From assembly GCF_004010195.1 (NCBI RefSeq), contig NC_057720.1:2680669-2744668 (forward strand): DNA of 64,000 nucleotides. Reading direction: 5' to 3'. This DNA is from Chiloscyllium plagiosum (Eukaryota). Shown piece by piece: positions 34,636 to 47,685 of the stretch. Both the position numbers and the translations under genes were made by a program. Below the pieces are notes generated by a model. The model did no database searches. It was not told where the DNA came from and worked only from the letters and a program-made list of their open reading frames with translations. Every line of letters begins with the position of its first letter. Position 1 is the stretch's first letter.

Positions 34636-37600
34636 TAAACACGTGATAATGCATCTGTGATTACATTCTTATGACCTACAACATGTATGATTTTTAAATT
34701 AAAAGTCTATAACATAAGACTCCAACAAAATAGTCTCATATTCTTGTCTTTAAAGCATTCTAAGTATGTAGGAGAATTGTGATTCGTGTACACAACCGTC
34801 CCCGATACGTTGTTCTTGACATACATGTTAAAATGGCCTGTACCAAACTCAGTCGTTCCTTTTCGATTGTGGAGTATTTCCTCTGGTGGATGCTGACTTT
34901 CTTTGAAAAGTAACCACCTGGCAGTTCAATCCTATCATCATCTTCCTGTAGCAGTACAGCTCCAACTCCTACGTCAACAGCATCAATGGCGGCTTTAAAA
35001 AGGTTTTGAAAAGTTTGGTGTAGCTAAAACTGGTTTGGTGGTTAATATGGTTTTCAAATGGCCAAATTCCTCCTGGCATTGTTCTGTCCACCGAAACTTT
35101 GTATTCTTCTTCAGCAAATCGGTTAATGGTGCCATTGCTGAAGTTTGGAACAAACTTCCGATAGAATCCGATGAGTCCTAAGAATCGAAGCACCTCTTTC
35201 TTCGAGGTTGGTCATGGAAATTCCTCGATGGTCTTTGTCTTTTCATTCCGCAGGGTCAACTTTCCATGACCGATGTTATGTCACCTCTGCTTTCACAAAT
35301 TCCGTTTTATTTAAGTATATCACCAGTTTTGCTTCTCGAAGTCATTCAAAGAGCCCTGCCAACTGTACCATGTGATCTTTCCAGGACTTACTAAAGATCA
35401 CGACATCGTCCAAATAGACAGCACAGTTTGTAAACCCAGCCACAACTCTGTTCATGAGTCTTTGGAATGTTGGGGGGTGCATTCTTCACTCCAAAGGCAT
35501 CACTTTAAACTGATATAGCCCATTTGGGGTTACAAATGCAGAACTTACTTTCACCGTCTCTGATAAAGGCACTTGCCAGTAACCAAGCATTAAGTGCAAC
35601 TTGGTGATGTAACTGGCTTGTCCGACTTTCTTGATACAGTCCCCCAATCTCGGAATTGGATATGAGTCCGATTTTATAACAGCATTGACCTTCCGATAAT
35701 CCATGCAGAAACATTGAGTCCTGTCTGGTTTGAGAACTAAGACGATCGGCGAACTCCACTCGCTCTGGCTCGGTTCGATGATGTCCTCATTGAGCATGGC
35801 CTCCACCCCCATCTACACCTGTCTGACTTTGAAAGGATTGAGCCGAGAGGGGTGTTGTTGTATCAGAGCAGTATTCCCTATGTCTACTTCATGTATAATA
35901 GCATTCGTCCTCCCCATCTGATTCTTACATATGTCCTTATTCTGCAGTAACAAGTCTTTCAACTGCATTCTATGCTCCTGAGACAGATACCTTACTAACC
36001 TATCCCACTCCTCAAGGACTTCTTCATTTTTAAATCTATTTTGAGGCACATCAAAATCCACATCCTCTGGATTTGATTCCTCACTCTGCGGGGCAGTAAC
36101 TAACACCTGTCTCTCCAGTTCTTTCTCTCTAGTATAATACGGTTTCAACATGTTCACATAACATACACGATACCTTTTTTTCTATCTGGCATCTTTACTA
36201 GATAGTTCACCTGACTCAACGTTTTCTCAGTTTGATAGGGACCATTAAACCTGGCTTTGAAGGGATCTCCTATCACTGGTAACAGTACTAACACGTCATC
36301 CCCTTGGGAAAACGCCCAAGTCTCAGAGCTTTTATCTGCCACCTGCTTCATTCTACACTGTGCCCTCTTTAGGTGCTGTTTAGCTAACTCACCAATTCGA
36401 TTTAATCTCTCCCTCACCTCCAATACATAATCTAAGTGTGAAATCTCTGGCATTGGTCCTGTCAATTTGTCTTTAATTAATTTCAAAGGGCCTCTCAGTC
36501 AAAACTGAACATTAACTCGAAAGGAGTGAACTGAGTAGATTCATTTGTTGCATCTCTAATGGTAAACAATACGAATGGGATACCTTTATCCCAATCATTC
36601 AGGTAATCCTGACAGTATGCTCCCAAAATGATCTTCAAGATCTGATGCCATCTTTCTAAAGCTCCCTGGGATTCAGGATGATATGCACTGGATTTAAAGT
36701 GCTGTATACCTGAGCTATCCATAACCTCCTTGAACAGCCTAGCAGTAAAATGTGACCCTTGGTCCAACTGAATCTCTCTGGGTAGCCCATACCATGTGAA
36801 GAAAGTTACTACCCTTTTTGCTTTGATACTCCATAGTGGAATTGCCTCTGGAGATCTGGTAGACACATCCATTATGGTTAACCAGTGCTGGTTCCCATTT
36901 GTAGTTCTCAGGAGGGGATCTACACAATCAATTATGACCCACGTGAACGGGTCTTCAAATGCAGGAATTGGCAGCAAAGGTGCTGGTTTTATTTCCGACT
37001 GTGGCTAATCCTACAATTTGGCATGTATGACAGATAGAACAAAAGTTAAAAACATCCTTGTGCATTCCAGGCCAATAAAAATGTTTTTGAATCTTAACCT
37101 GAATCTTTCATACTCCTAGGTGACCTCCTACAGGTAGCTCATGTGCTACCGTAACACTTCCTGTCTGTATGCTACTGGCAACACAATCTGGTGCACTTCA
37201 GCCCATTTCTCCTCTGCACTAACCTGCCGTGGTCTCCATTTCCACCTTAGGATTCTATCTTTCAGATAAGAACCTTCTGGAATATTCTCTGCCTCCTTTT
37301 CAGAGTACACATCCACAGATATATCTTTTATCATCTTGTCTTGCTTTTACAAGTTCCTTAGTCTTTCAGGACTAAACACTTCTGTCTGACCCTCTGCCTG
37401 TTCAGATTTCTTCTACACCATTACGTCAAACAGAGTGTCTGTTAACTGAACCTCAATTCCTTCATCTTTCCCTTTTCACTTTGCGACTTAGGATAGGGGG
37501 ATCTGCTTACCACACAGTGTGGGGAAATACCAGGATATTTCTGTTTTATTGCTCAGTTTTTTAGTCTTCCTTGGGCTTCTCCACAACAAGAGGTGTCACT

Positions 37601-39240
37601 CCCATCTTGGATCCTGTGAAATCATTTCCAAGAACAAACTGAATTCCTGGAACTGACAGTTGATCAATCATTCCTCCTGTAACTTTCCCAGTCTTGAGTT
37701 GGCATTCCAACTTGATCTTACATAGGGGAACGCTAAATTTCTGCCCATCTATCCCACAGATTAGATAACAGATCAGATAGATCTCTCGGATAACAGATCA
37801 GAAAGAGTGTTAATTCGCTCATCCCTTACTATCAGTGACTGGTTAGATCCTGTATCTCTCAAAATTCTAACCTCTTGTCCTTCTCCCCCTGTTCTTTCTG
37901 AGTAAACGTTACCTACAGAGGTGAATTCTCTGTAGAGATCAGGTAGTAACTCCATACCCAGCCCCTGTCCAGGCTGTGCACTCTCCTGCAGCTCCTTTAC
38001 TACCTTCACTAACGCCACTGGCTGAGCTTATTTTATCACATCTTTTCCCACAATGCCTTTCTTTAACGACTAGGACTGTGACTTTACATGTCCCACTTTA
38101 CCCCAGTGGAAACACCTGAGGCCTTTCACCTCCTTTCCATCCTTTTGGGCTTCGTTTTTATCCTGTGGTAAATTCTTACCAGTGATTGCTACTCTTGGTT
38201 TCGTAGTGTAGGATCTCCCCTTCTCCCAACTTCTATCCCTCACAGGACGAAATTCTGGCCAGAAGCTTGTCTTATGCGCCAACATGTACTCATCTGCTAA
38301 TTCTGCTGCCGTTCTTCCTGGACTTTCTGTTCCTCCACGTGAATTCTTACCATCTTTGGAAGTGAGGTTTTAAACTCCTCCAGCAGAGAAATCTCTTTTA
38401 GAGCCTCAGGGTCTTCGCTATTTTAAAGCCCGCATCTATTGATCAAAATGACTATGTTTAATGTTTGTGAACTCAACATAAGTCTGACCTGGTTCCTTCT
38501 TTATGTTTCTGAACCGCTGTCTACATGCCTCTGGTACCAATTCATAAGCACTTAAAATAGCCTGTTTAGCCTCTTCATAATCTCTTGACCCCTCATCTGA
38601 CAGCACAGCAAATACCTCACTGGCTCTGCCTTCCAGTCTAGTCTGAAATAGCATTACCCATAAATCCTAGGATCATTCCATCTGCCGAGCCAAATTAAAT
38701 TAAATTTCAAATTAAATAAAGAAACCTTCAACATCTTTCTCATCAAACTGTGGCAGAGTTTTGACATATTTGTATCTATCTCTACCTTCTCTTTTAATTT
38801 CCATCCTGTTAATTTGACTTTGTGACTAAATCGCATCTTCTCAAGTTCAAATTCTCTCTCTTTTTGTCTCTTCCTTTCTTCTCTCTCTCTTTGCTCAGCC
38901 AAGAACCTTCTCTCTCTCTTTTTCCTCTCTCTTTGTTTATCTTCTAACTCCATTTTCCTCAATTGTAATTTAAGTTTTTCTACCTCGCCTGCACTTGTCT
39001 GTTTCTCTGGCATACCTAAGTGTTTGAGTAATTCCCTTACAATTACAGCTTTACTTTTCCCTTGATTAAACCCAAATCTAATTTCTTTGCTAATTCTAGA
39101 AGTATGGCCTTTTTCTTTCCTTCTAAACTGCCTTGGTAAGTTTGAGAATCATCTTCAAATCCCAAAACCTCTTTAGCAATTTTAAGAGCCACTTCTCCCA
39201 CTTTTAATTTAATCAACCACAAGTCACCAAAATTAAACAA
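34636..39240 (-). pseudogene. Frameshifted gag-pol of the Gmr1-like element
   Basis: gag AILSAYELVPEACRQRFRN and CFHWGKVGH knuckle; PR ILRDTGS; INT AHELPVGGHLG, CHTC, IDCVDP, DQGSHF, YHPESQGALERWH, GPY; RT WSSPIVLV, CMDYRKVN, YLDD (35405-35416); RH DAVDVGVGAVLLQ to DALSR. Confidence 0.92.
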
Positions 39241-39385
39241 ATTGCCTCACCTAAGTTTTATTTAAAGATTTAGGACACTAGCTTACAAGTGTTTAAATCT
39301 ACTGGGATCGTATCTGTTCAAATCTGTCCAAATCTCAGACTGGATCTGTCTAAACCTGTCTAATCATGGACATGAAACCCCAAAC

Positions 39386-40102
39386 TGTTAGGTGCTGGGG
39401 TAAACCCTCCTGCTTAATTTAAAACTGCAACACAGAAAAGAGTTTCCCTGTGCAGTAATCTGTGAAAATTCAAGAGGCCAAGAACTGTTTAAAGTCAAAA
39501 ATTAACAACTTTATTTCTTAAAGTATAACAGAGAATAATCACCTGACAATTATTCACAACTCCTTCCTTTAACCTATCTTTTACTTTCCCTTCTACAATA
39601 CTAGCCCAATAAAACCCCCGATTAAGATTTACCAAAATTCAAATTTTCAAAACCAGCCAGATGTCGAATCCTCTCTTTATATCTTTCTCTGTCTTCTTTT
39701 CTTCTTCTTAGGGATTTCTGTTTCACAGGTTACTGATCAATAAAGGTACCTTTAAGAGAGCTATTCTCTGGGCTGTCTGCAGATGCTGATGGCTTGGCAG
39801 TTCTCCTCTTAACTGTTCAATGTTTCCTAGTCTTATGCCTCCAAAGCATCGGATTGTGCCATTGGTTTTTAATGTTGGCAATATACTCAATTCAAACTTG
39901 ATTGGAGTTTGGTATTTTTCGGGATATAATTTAAACTGATTGGCCTAATCTGAATTTGTTTTGTCATCTCCAAGCAACCAGCTAATTGAATTTTCAACCA
40001 AATGTTATATTATACCTTGATCAGAACACTTGGTGCTGTGTCAGGTGGTTCTACTAGCTTTTAACTCTCTTAAAGGTACAATATGTCCACATCTTCATAA
40101 CA
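39386..40102 (-). repeat. 5' LTR (717 bp)
   Basis: TGTTA...TAACA termini; adjacent PBS-like sequence on the internal side. Confidence 0.92.
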
Positions 40103-41459
40103 GTGGATTACTCTTTGGAGGGTCAGTGTGGACTTGTTGGGCCAGATGGCCTGTTTCCACACTGTAGGGATTCTGTGATTCCATGAGGTGAGTACAATGA
40201 CAACATTTAAAAGATATTTGGACGGTACAGGGTTAGAAAAGATAAGAGAGACAGGGGACAAATGCAGACAAATGGGACTGGTTCAGTTTGAGAAACTTGG
40301 AGGAGTGAACCAAGGGTTCTGTTTCTGTATTACATGGCTCTGTGACTCTACAACAGCAATGTTTAACAGGCACCTTGACAGATATATAACTAGGCAGGGA
40401 ATAGAGGGATTTGGACCATCTAGAGGCAAAGGTTAGTTTCAAAAGGCACCAGTGTACTCTCGTTGGGCCAAAGGGCCTGTTCCTGTGCTGTTCTGTTCCG
40501 AGTGCAAGATGAGAAGCTTTGAGATTATTTTCAGCAAAATTCAAATGATATTCCAGCAAATAACTAAATGGAAGTGTCTTCCTGCATATTTCTTCATCAT
40601 GCCTTACTCTTTACCATTTGCTTGAAAACTAAATAAAGTTTCTGTTGAATATTTATCAAAGTGATAATCTTTGACATTTAATTTGTGACAAAGTTCACTG
40701 CTGCATGATATGCCCACATCTCATTTTGAGTGAGACATAAGGAAGCAACTATTCTTTAGGCCTTGATGATATGTTGATTAAATATACAGCGAAATAATTG
40801 TTGTTCAGGGATCATTAGTCAGACATTGCCTTCTGTGTCACAAACTCTGTTCCAATGTCACCAACTCTATCTCATTTCCTGGCTCCTGTCTTCAAGGGGC
40901 TCAGTGTCTAATTCATACTTGATGCTGTTCAGTGGAATATTTCCCAGGCTCATTGCTGGAATGAGTGAGTTGTTTTATGGGGGAAGGTTGTACAGACAGA
41001 GTCTGTCAATGTAACTGGAGTTTAGAATAGTCAGAGGTGAATTTATGGAAATATCTAGTATCCTGAGGGGTGATGACAGGATGGGTGTGGAGAGAATGTT
41101 TCCTTTTGGGGGGGAATCTAGAAAGCGCTGTTTAGGAAGCAGGAGTTGTCCATTTAAGGCAGAGATGAGGAGAATTGCTTTCTAACAGAGAGTCATGCGT
41201 GTTTCAAACACTGCTTCCACCACCTTTGAGCACGAGAGAGTTTGACTATTTTTATGATGAAGGTGGACATATTCTAGCTAAGCTTGGAGGCTGTCATAAC
41301 TCAGGACTCCTGACTGGAAAGGATTATTTATTGTTGAGCACCATAATAGAGCTACCACTCATGGTGTACATAGACTAATCCCAACCCGGGCCAGACATGC
41401 TGCAGATCCATCCCTGGGTCTGCTTTGTAAAGGGCTCATTTTATGAGGTGAATGGGCAA

Positions 41460-43440
41460 TTCGAGTCTGCTCTGCCATTCAGTGAGTTCATGGCTGATCT
41501 GGTAATTCTCAATTCCATTTTCCTGCCTTTCCCCCATAACCCTTGAACCCCTTACAGATTAAAAATCTGTCTATCTTAGCCTTGAAAATATTTAATGATC
41601 CAGCCCAACAGCCTTCTGTGGTAACCAAGCCCACAGATTCACTCCCCACTAAGTGAAGAAATTCCTCCTCATGAATGCTACCCCTCACTGCACCCTTTGG
41701 CCCTAGTCTCTCCCACACGGGGAAACAACCTTTCCACATCGATCTTGTTAAGTCCCCTAAGAATTTTAATAAAGTTACCTCTCGTGGGTACTGGCCCAAC
41801 ATACTCAATCTCTCCTCAAAGGACATTCAGAGTCAAAGTGTGTGTGGTGCTAGAAAAGCACAGCAGGTCAGGCAGCATCTGAGTAGCAGGAGAGTCGACA
41901 TTTGAGGCATAAGTCCTTCATCAGGAAATAGCCTCATTCCTGATGAAGAGCTTATGCCCAAAATGTCAACTCTCCTGTTCCTCAGATGCTACCTGACCTG
42001 CTGTGCTTTTCCAGCACCACGCACTCTTTGACTCTGATCTTCCGCACCCGCAATCATCACTTTCACAAAGGATATTCTCTCCATCCACAGAATCAGCTGA
42101 GTGAACCCTCAATGACAGTATATCTCTTCACAAACAAGAACACAGATTGCTGGAAAAACTCAGCAGGTCTGGCAGTATCTGTGCAGAGAAATCAGAGTGA
42201 ACACTTCAGGCCCGGTGACCCTTCCTCAGAACTTTACCAAAGTTTGGTATATCTCATATTGGATAAGTTACCCAAAACTGTTCACAGTATTCCGCTGCCT
42301 TGTACAGATTTAGCAAAACTTCCTTATGTTTATATTCCATTCCCTTTGAAATCAAGGCCAACATTCCATTTGCCTTCCCTGTTACCCACTGAAGTTGGAT
42401 GTTAGGTATTAGTGACTTCTACTGAAGACTCCCAAATCCCCCTTCAACACCCTTCACTAGCCTAGACCCTTCAACCTAATCCCATCGCTGTAATCGCCTT
42501 GTCCCTGGAACCGTTCTTGTAAACCTCCTCTGATTCCTTGTTCCCTCCTCAAAGTATGGTGACCAGAGCTGGATGCAATACCGTAGTTGTGCTTTGGCTA
42601 GTGTTTTACTAAGGTTTAGTATTAACTTCAGAAACAAAAACAGAAATTGTTGGGGAAACTCAGCAGGTCTGGTAGCATCGGTGAAGAGGAAGCAGAGTTT
42701 GTGTTTTGAGTTCAGTGATCCTTCTTCAGAACAGACAGAGCCTTCCACACATACTGCCAGACCTGCTAAGTTTCTCCAACAATGTCTGTTTTTGTTTCTG
42801 ATTTCCAACAGCTGTGGTTCTTTGTTGTTTTCAGTTCAGTGTTAACTTCCCTGACTTTATTTGTCAAGCTCCTTGGTTGAGGGATCTGGTGCTTCATCGC
42901 TCCAAACTGCAAACAAATAAACTAATTAACATCAGAGGTAGGCCATTCAGCTGGCCAAGCACATTCCAACACTGGTTAAGATCAGGGCAGATGCATTCAA
43001 CTATCACCATCCCACCAACCTTTCCCCCAGCACGCCCCTCCTCCCATTTATTTCTGAGCTCCCTTCCCCTTCCCCAGTCCTGATGAAGCGTCCTGACCTG
43101 AAAAATCAACATTCCTGCATCTCTGATGCTGTCTGACCTGCTGTGCTCTTCCAGCTCCACTTTAAATCGACGCTGAACATCCAGCATCTGCACCCCTCAC
43201 TATCTCCAATGATATCAGAGCAGATCTGATTGTAACACAAATCCACACCTGCTCCCGAGAACCTTTCACACACTTTGTCTTCAAGAACCTATCTATCTCT
43301 GCCAAAGAATATTCAAAGGCTCTGCACCCATTGCCTTTTGAGAAAGAAAATTCCAGAGACCCACGCCCCTTTGAGGGAAAATAACCACTTTTCGTCTCCG
43401 TCTTAGATGAATAACTCTTAGTTTTTATACAGTGGCTCAA
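41460..43440. mobile_element. Mosaic of antisense LINE tails and inverted Penelope fragments (41826-42065, 42628-42835, 43000-43208)
   Basis: Recurrent family motifs gaaaagcacagcaggtcaggcagcatc and aaactcagcaggtctgg. Confidence 0.7.
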
Positions 43441-46359
43441 TTTCTAAGTGAGCTTGTTAATTTGAAGGACATTATTAAACTAAATGTAGTCTAAATTATC
43501 TTATGGATTTGTTTTTCACTTTCTGGAGAGGTAAAAGAAGGTTTGGCGTTCAGACAAAGTGCTGGGAATACAGAGCAGGTCGGGTAGCCATTGCAGAGAG
43601 AGAAACCGACTAAGTCTTTCAGCTCAGTGGCTTTATCACAGAGCACCAGGAGTGATTTGTCAGGGCAGCAAACCAGAAGGTTAACTCCAAGGTGACAAAC
43701 CGGTGATACTTCCTTTGTTTCTCTCTCACACAGGTGGGTATTTCCAGTGTTTAGTTCAGATTTGCAGCATCTGCAAGATTCTGTGATGATTGAGTATTTG
43801 CGAGGGCTGTATGTTTAGCTTCAGTGTTGGCTTTCCCTGCTTAGTTGTCCAGATAAATAATCTATGACTGAACATTTGGAGTGGGAATGCATAATGGATT
43901 GAACTGTCTCCAGCTTTTATTCCTAATTACCGAAGCCCTCTCTTTCCAGGATTCTCACTGTCACACCGAGTACTTAATAAATAAAGGAACATTGGATCGA
44001 GCTGGGGAAAGAGAACATTGAAAGAGTTCTCCACTCTTCTCACAGTGATTTCACCGACAAGATTTCCACTTGTAGGCAATCCAAAACTAGGGGCCATAAA
44101 TATAAAATGTTCATTAAAATCCAATCAGGAATTCAGGAGAAACCACTTTCCTCAGAAAGTGAAGAGGAGGTGGAACTCACTCCCACAGGGAGTGGTCAAA
44201 GTGATTTAAAGTGATCTGCACATGAAGCAAGCATGATGTGGGGAAAATATTTAAGCCAGTGAGTAGTTCAGTGATGGAGTGCACTGCCCTGAATGTGGTG
44301 AAGGTTCAACTGAGGCACTGGAGGGAATTGGATGCTCATTTGGATGGAAATAGAGCACAGAGATATCGGGGAAAAAGGAGGAGATTGGCGCTATAGAATA
44401 GAAACAGCGCAGACATCAGTGATCTCCTTCTGCACTGTAATAATTCTATGATTCTGTGAATGTTTTTGATGCATTTTAGAGGAACCAAGTTAACACTACA
44501 CCTCACTGAGTCGGCATACTGGAAATCAGGCCCCACTGTTTGAAAAAAGTTAAAGCATTTTAAAAGTCTACAGGATTCCCCACTTTCCCTGACTTAGGTT
44601 GAGAGAAAACATGGGCTTGATTTTGTAGTTAACAAGAATTACTATTTATTACAAGTGAATAACTCTACCTATTGGTAAATAATAATGAATTACTGGCAAA
44701 AAAAACTCTATTAATTAAAACTCCAATCCTTTTACAAGCTCCCCCTTTACGCACAGACAAGAAAAAAAGTGTAGGTGTTATGGGTGGGAGGAAAGGCTGG
44801 GAAAGCAGTTCAGTCATTCCTGGATTTAAGGGTTTGCAGAGATGGTTCATTTGCTGGTTATAACCCCACTTCCTGGTCTTCCATCTGCAGATGCTGTCAC
44901 TGGTTTGGCAGGATGTACACAGTGAGGCTCACTCACATTTATAAAAGGTCTCTGACATATTAATTAAAAGTCACAGCTTATTGAAATTGCTGTAGGGGGA
45001 AAAAAAGCTGCTATTCTTCCAAGTTAAGGTGGCTTTTAGTGCAGCGAATTGAGAGGTCTGATGGTCTTCACTATGTCTTGTTCACAGCATCAAGATGTGT
45101 GATTGGTTTCCGGAGCCATTAGCAGGCAGAAGGTGTTTGTCATCAATAACTGGTCACTAGTCCACAGCGAATCAGTTGCTCGTACCAACCACAGCTGTAC
45201 CTATACACAGCCCCCTGGCTCTAGCTCATCTGCGCACTGCACTTCAGTTACTGCTGGAACCAGTAGCTGTGTAAATAGTACTCACAATGAGCGTCAGGCT
45301 GTTTGTTTTCAAAACATACACCAATCCTTGGTTTTAAAACCTTTCTCGTTTCAGTCCACAATCAAAAATACAGAAAAATAAAAAGATACAGTGTCTAAAA
45401 AACAAGAGGGAGAGAGGGGGACAGATGGTTGTGATGATAGGGTGAGATGAAGCAGGGCTGAGAGAAGGCTCTTCTGAAGTAGCTATCTCAGCCTGGACTA
45501 ATAGTGAGACTGTGCTGGGAAATTCTCTGTAATTGTTGGAGTTATTTGCGACTACAGACACGTGACAACTGCGTACAAGAGCACAAGGCAAGGAGATTAG
45601 GTTAAGTGTCTTCTCAGTCACTGGTCAAGCCGTCCAGTAGGAAGATTGTGGATTCCTGCATCTAGGGGAGGGTGTCAGGACCTGAGAGACAATACAAAGG
45701 AGATTTACCGGAATGCTGCTGGAGATTTCTGTTCTGGGGGAGGCTGGAGAAACTGTGAATGTTCCCTTTTGGAGCAGGGAAGGTGAAGAGGAGATCGAAT
45801 CGTGTCGGTCAAAATCATGATGAGTTTTATTTGGACAAATCAGGTGAAAGTATTTCCAGTGACAGGAATGTCCAGGGGAGACAGATTGAAGGGAATTGGG
45901 AAAAGAGCCAGAGGGCAAGATGAGGATTTTCTTTTTATCTGGAATACGTTGCCTTAAAGGGTGCTACAAATTACTTCAATCATAAATTTTGAAAGAGAAT
46001 TTGATAAACGCTTGACAGAGAAACCTCTTAGAGGGTGATCGGGAAAGAATAGGAAGAGAGAGCCTTATTGGATAAATCTTTCATAGGCACAGTAGGTCAA
46101 ATGGCATCATTCTGTGCTGTCATTTTTAATTCTACATATTTTTGTTCAATTGTATTATGACCTTGCAGTATTTGGCAAAATATAGAGAAAGAGATTGCTT
46201 GAAAGGGTGTGTAATTCTGCTTTGAATAAATGTGCCCCTTTTTAAAATCTTCTCAGGCAAATATTTTAATTACAGAGGATATGTGAGGGTGGTACAAGGG
46301 AGGTGAGCATGCCGTAGTAGCAGGTCAATGTTGCTGCAAGCAGAGAGATTTGGGTTCAA

Positions 46360-47480
46360 GGTTAGCTAGATGGACGTCATAGAATAGGAGTTCTAATTGG
46401 GGCTGTTGATCTGGTCCAATCAGGGAGTCCTGGCTGACAGATATAAACAGGACTGTTGCGGGGAGTGGAGTGCATTATTTCTCCCTCCAACTCTATTTTG
46501 ATTTAGTCCCTGCCCTCCCCTTCACTGTTTTGATCACACGGCATTGCCCTTTTTTTGTGAAGGGCAGTGCTTGTCACTGGCCACCCGGGTGTTTTCCTAT
46601 CTTCCTGGTGGTGGAATTTGAATAAAGATTCGTGCACTTTGTGTCTTTCACTGTGTCTCACACGTATACACACACACCATGGGTGCTGGGGATAAAAAAA
46701 AAATAGAAAAAAAAATAAACAGGAGTGTTGCGGGGAGTGGAGTGCATTATTTCTCCCTCCAACTCTATTTTGATTTAGTCCCTGCCTTCCCCTTCACTGT
46801 TTTGATCACACGGCCTTGCCCTTTGATGTGAAGGGCACTGCTTGTCACTGGCCACTCGGGTGTTTTCCTATCTTCCTGGTGGTGGAAATTGAATAAAGAT
46901 TCGTGCACCTTGTGTCTCTCACTGTGTCTCACACCTGCACACACACACCATGGGTGCTGGGGAACAATAAGCACTACCGCACTTAGGCGGTAGTGTGGGG
47001 GTTAATAAAAAAAAAGAAGAAAAAAAGAGAAAAAAAAGAAAAAAATGGAATAAAAGTGCCCCCCTCCAACTCTATTTTGAAGAAGAAAAAAATAAACAGG
47101 AGTGTTGTCCCTCCCCTCCCCTTCACTGTTTTGATCACACGGCCTTGCCCTTTGATGTGAAGAGCAGTGTTTGTCACTGGCCACTCGGGTGTTTTCCTAT
47201 GTTCCTGGTGGTGGAATTTGAATAAAGATTCGTGCACTTTGTGTCTTTCACTGTGTCTCACACCTGCACACACACACACACCATGGGTGCTGGAGAAAAA
47301 ATAAGCACTACCACACTTAGGTGGTAGTGTGGGGGTTTAATATAAAAAAAATTTTAACCAGCTGGCCAGTATTGCCCTTAGATAAAAAAAAGATAAACAG
47401 GAGTGTTTCTGTTCACTCTGAAAGCCTGCTCTGAGGGAGCTGGATCAGTGTCAAAAACTTTCCACGTGTAACTAAAGGGT
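46360..47480 (+). mobile_element. Short LTR-like element (CCAAT, TATAAA) interrupted by three poly(A)-tailed non-LTR 3' ends; uninterrupted inverted relative at about 60005-60197
   Basis: gtccaatcagggagtcctggctgacagatataaacagga ... tctgttcactctga...gagggagctggatcag matches the reverse complement of 60050-60170. Confidence 0.7.
46458..47392 (+). mobile_element. Three tandem copies of an L1/Tx1-like 3' end (about 230-290 bp each) with AATAAA and A-tails
   Basis: Near-identical units ...gaataaagattcgtgcac...caccatgggtgctgg...poly-A separated by ataaacaggagtgtt; clade assignment is inference. Confidence 0.7.
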
Positions 47481-47640
47481 CTGATGAACATTGAAAAAAC
47501 AAGTGAATTAAATTTGCATCTTCAATGACTCCCTGATATTAACTACACTGTGGGATTGATTTGGGTTGTTGGCACATTGTGTTAAGTTTCACTGTCTGGT
47601 CATGAAAGACATTTCATTTTTTCTAATATTTCTCTTTCAG

Positions 47641-47685
47641 GGTTCCAAAGGATATCCAGGGGCACTTGGCCCTCCAGGGGAACGT
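47641..47685 (+). CDS. col24a1: Collagen exon, 45 bp, GSKGYPGALGPPGER
   Basis: Acceptor tttctctttcAG, donor GTaagt; position and size match recalled GLKGHPGLPGLPGEQ. Confidence 0.92.

Larger units (their letters stand above)
32988..40102 (-). mobile_element. Full-length, decayed Gmr1-type Gypsy LTR retrotransposon (gag-PR-INT-RT-RH)
   Basis: Two roughly 715-bp LTRs with TG...CA ends; PPT at 34465-34475; degenerate tRNA-Pro-like PBS about 39363-39382; 5-bp TSD atgga/gtgga; broken ORFs carrying all domains. Confidence 0.93.

Noticed and set aside
46972..47330. Compensatory G-C to A-T change in the terminal hairpin between units 2 and 3
   Set aside because: Both changes are CpG transitions (CG>CA, CG>TG), so methylation decay explains them; not counted as covariation
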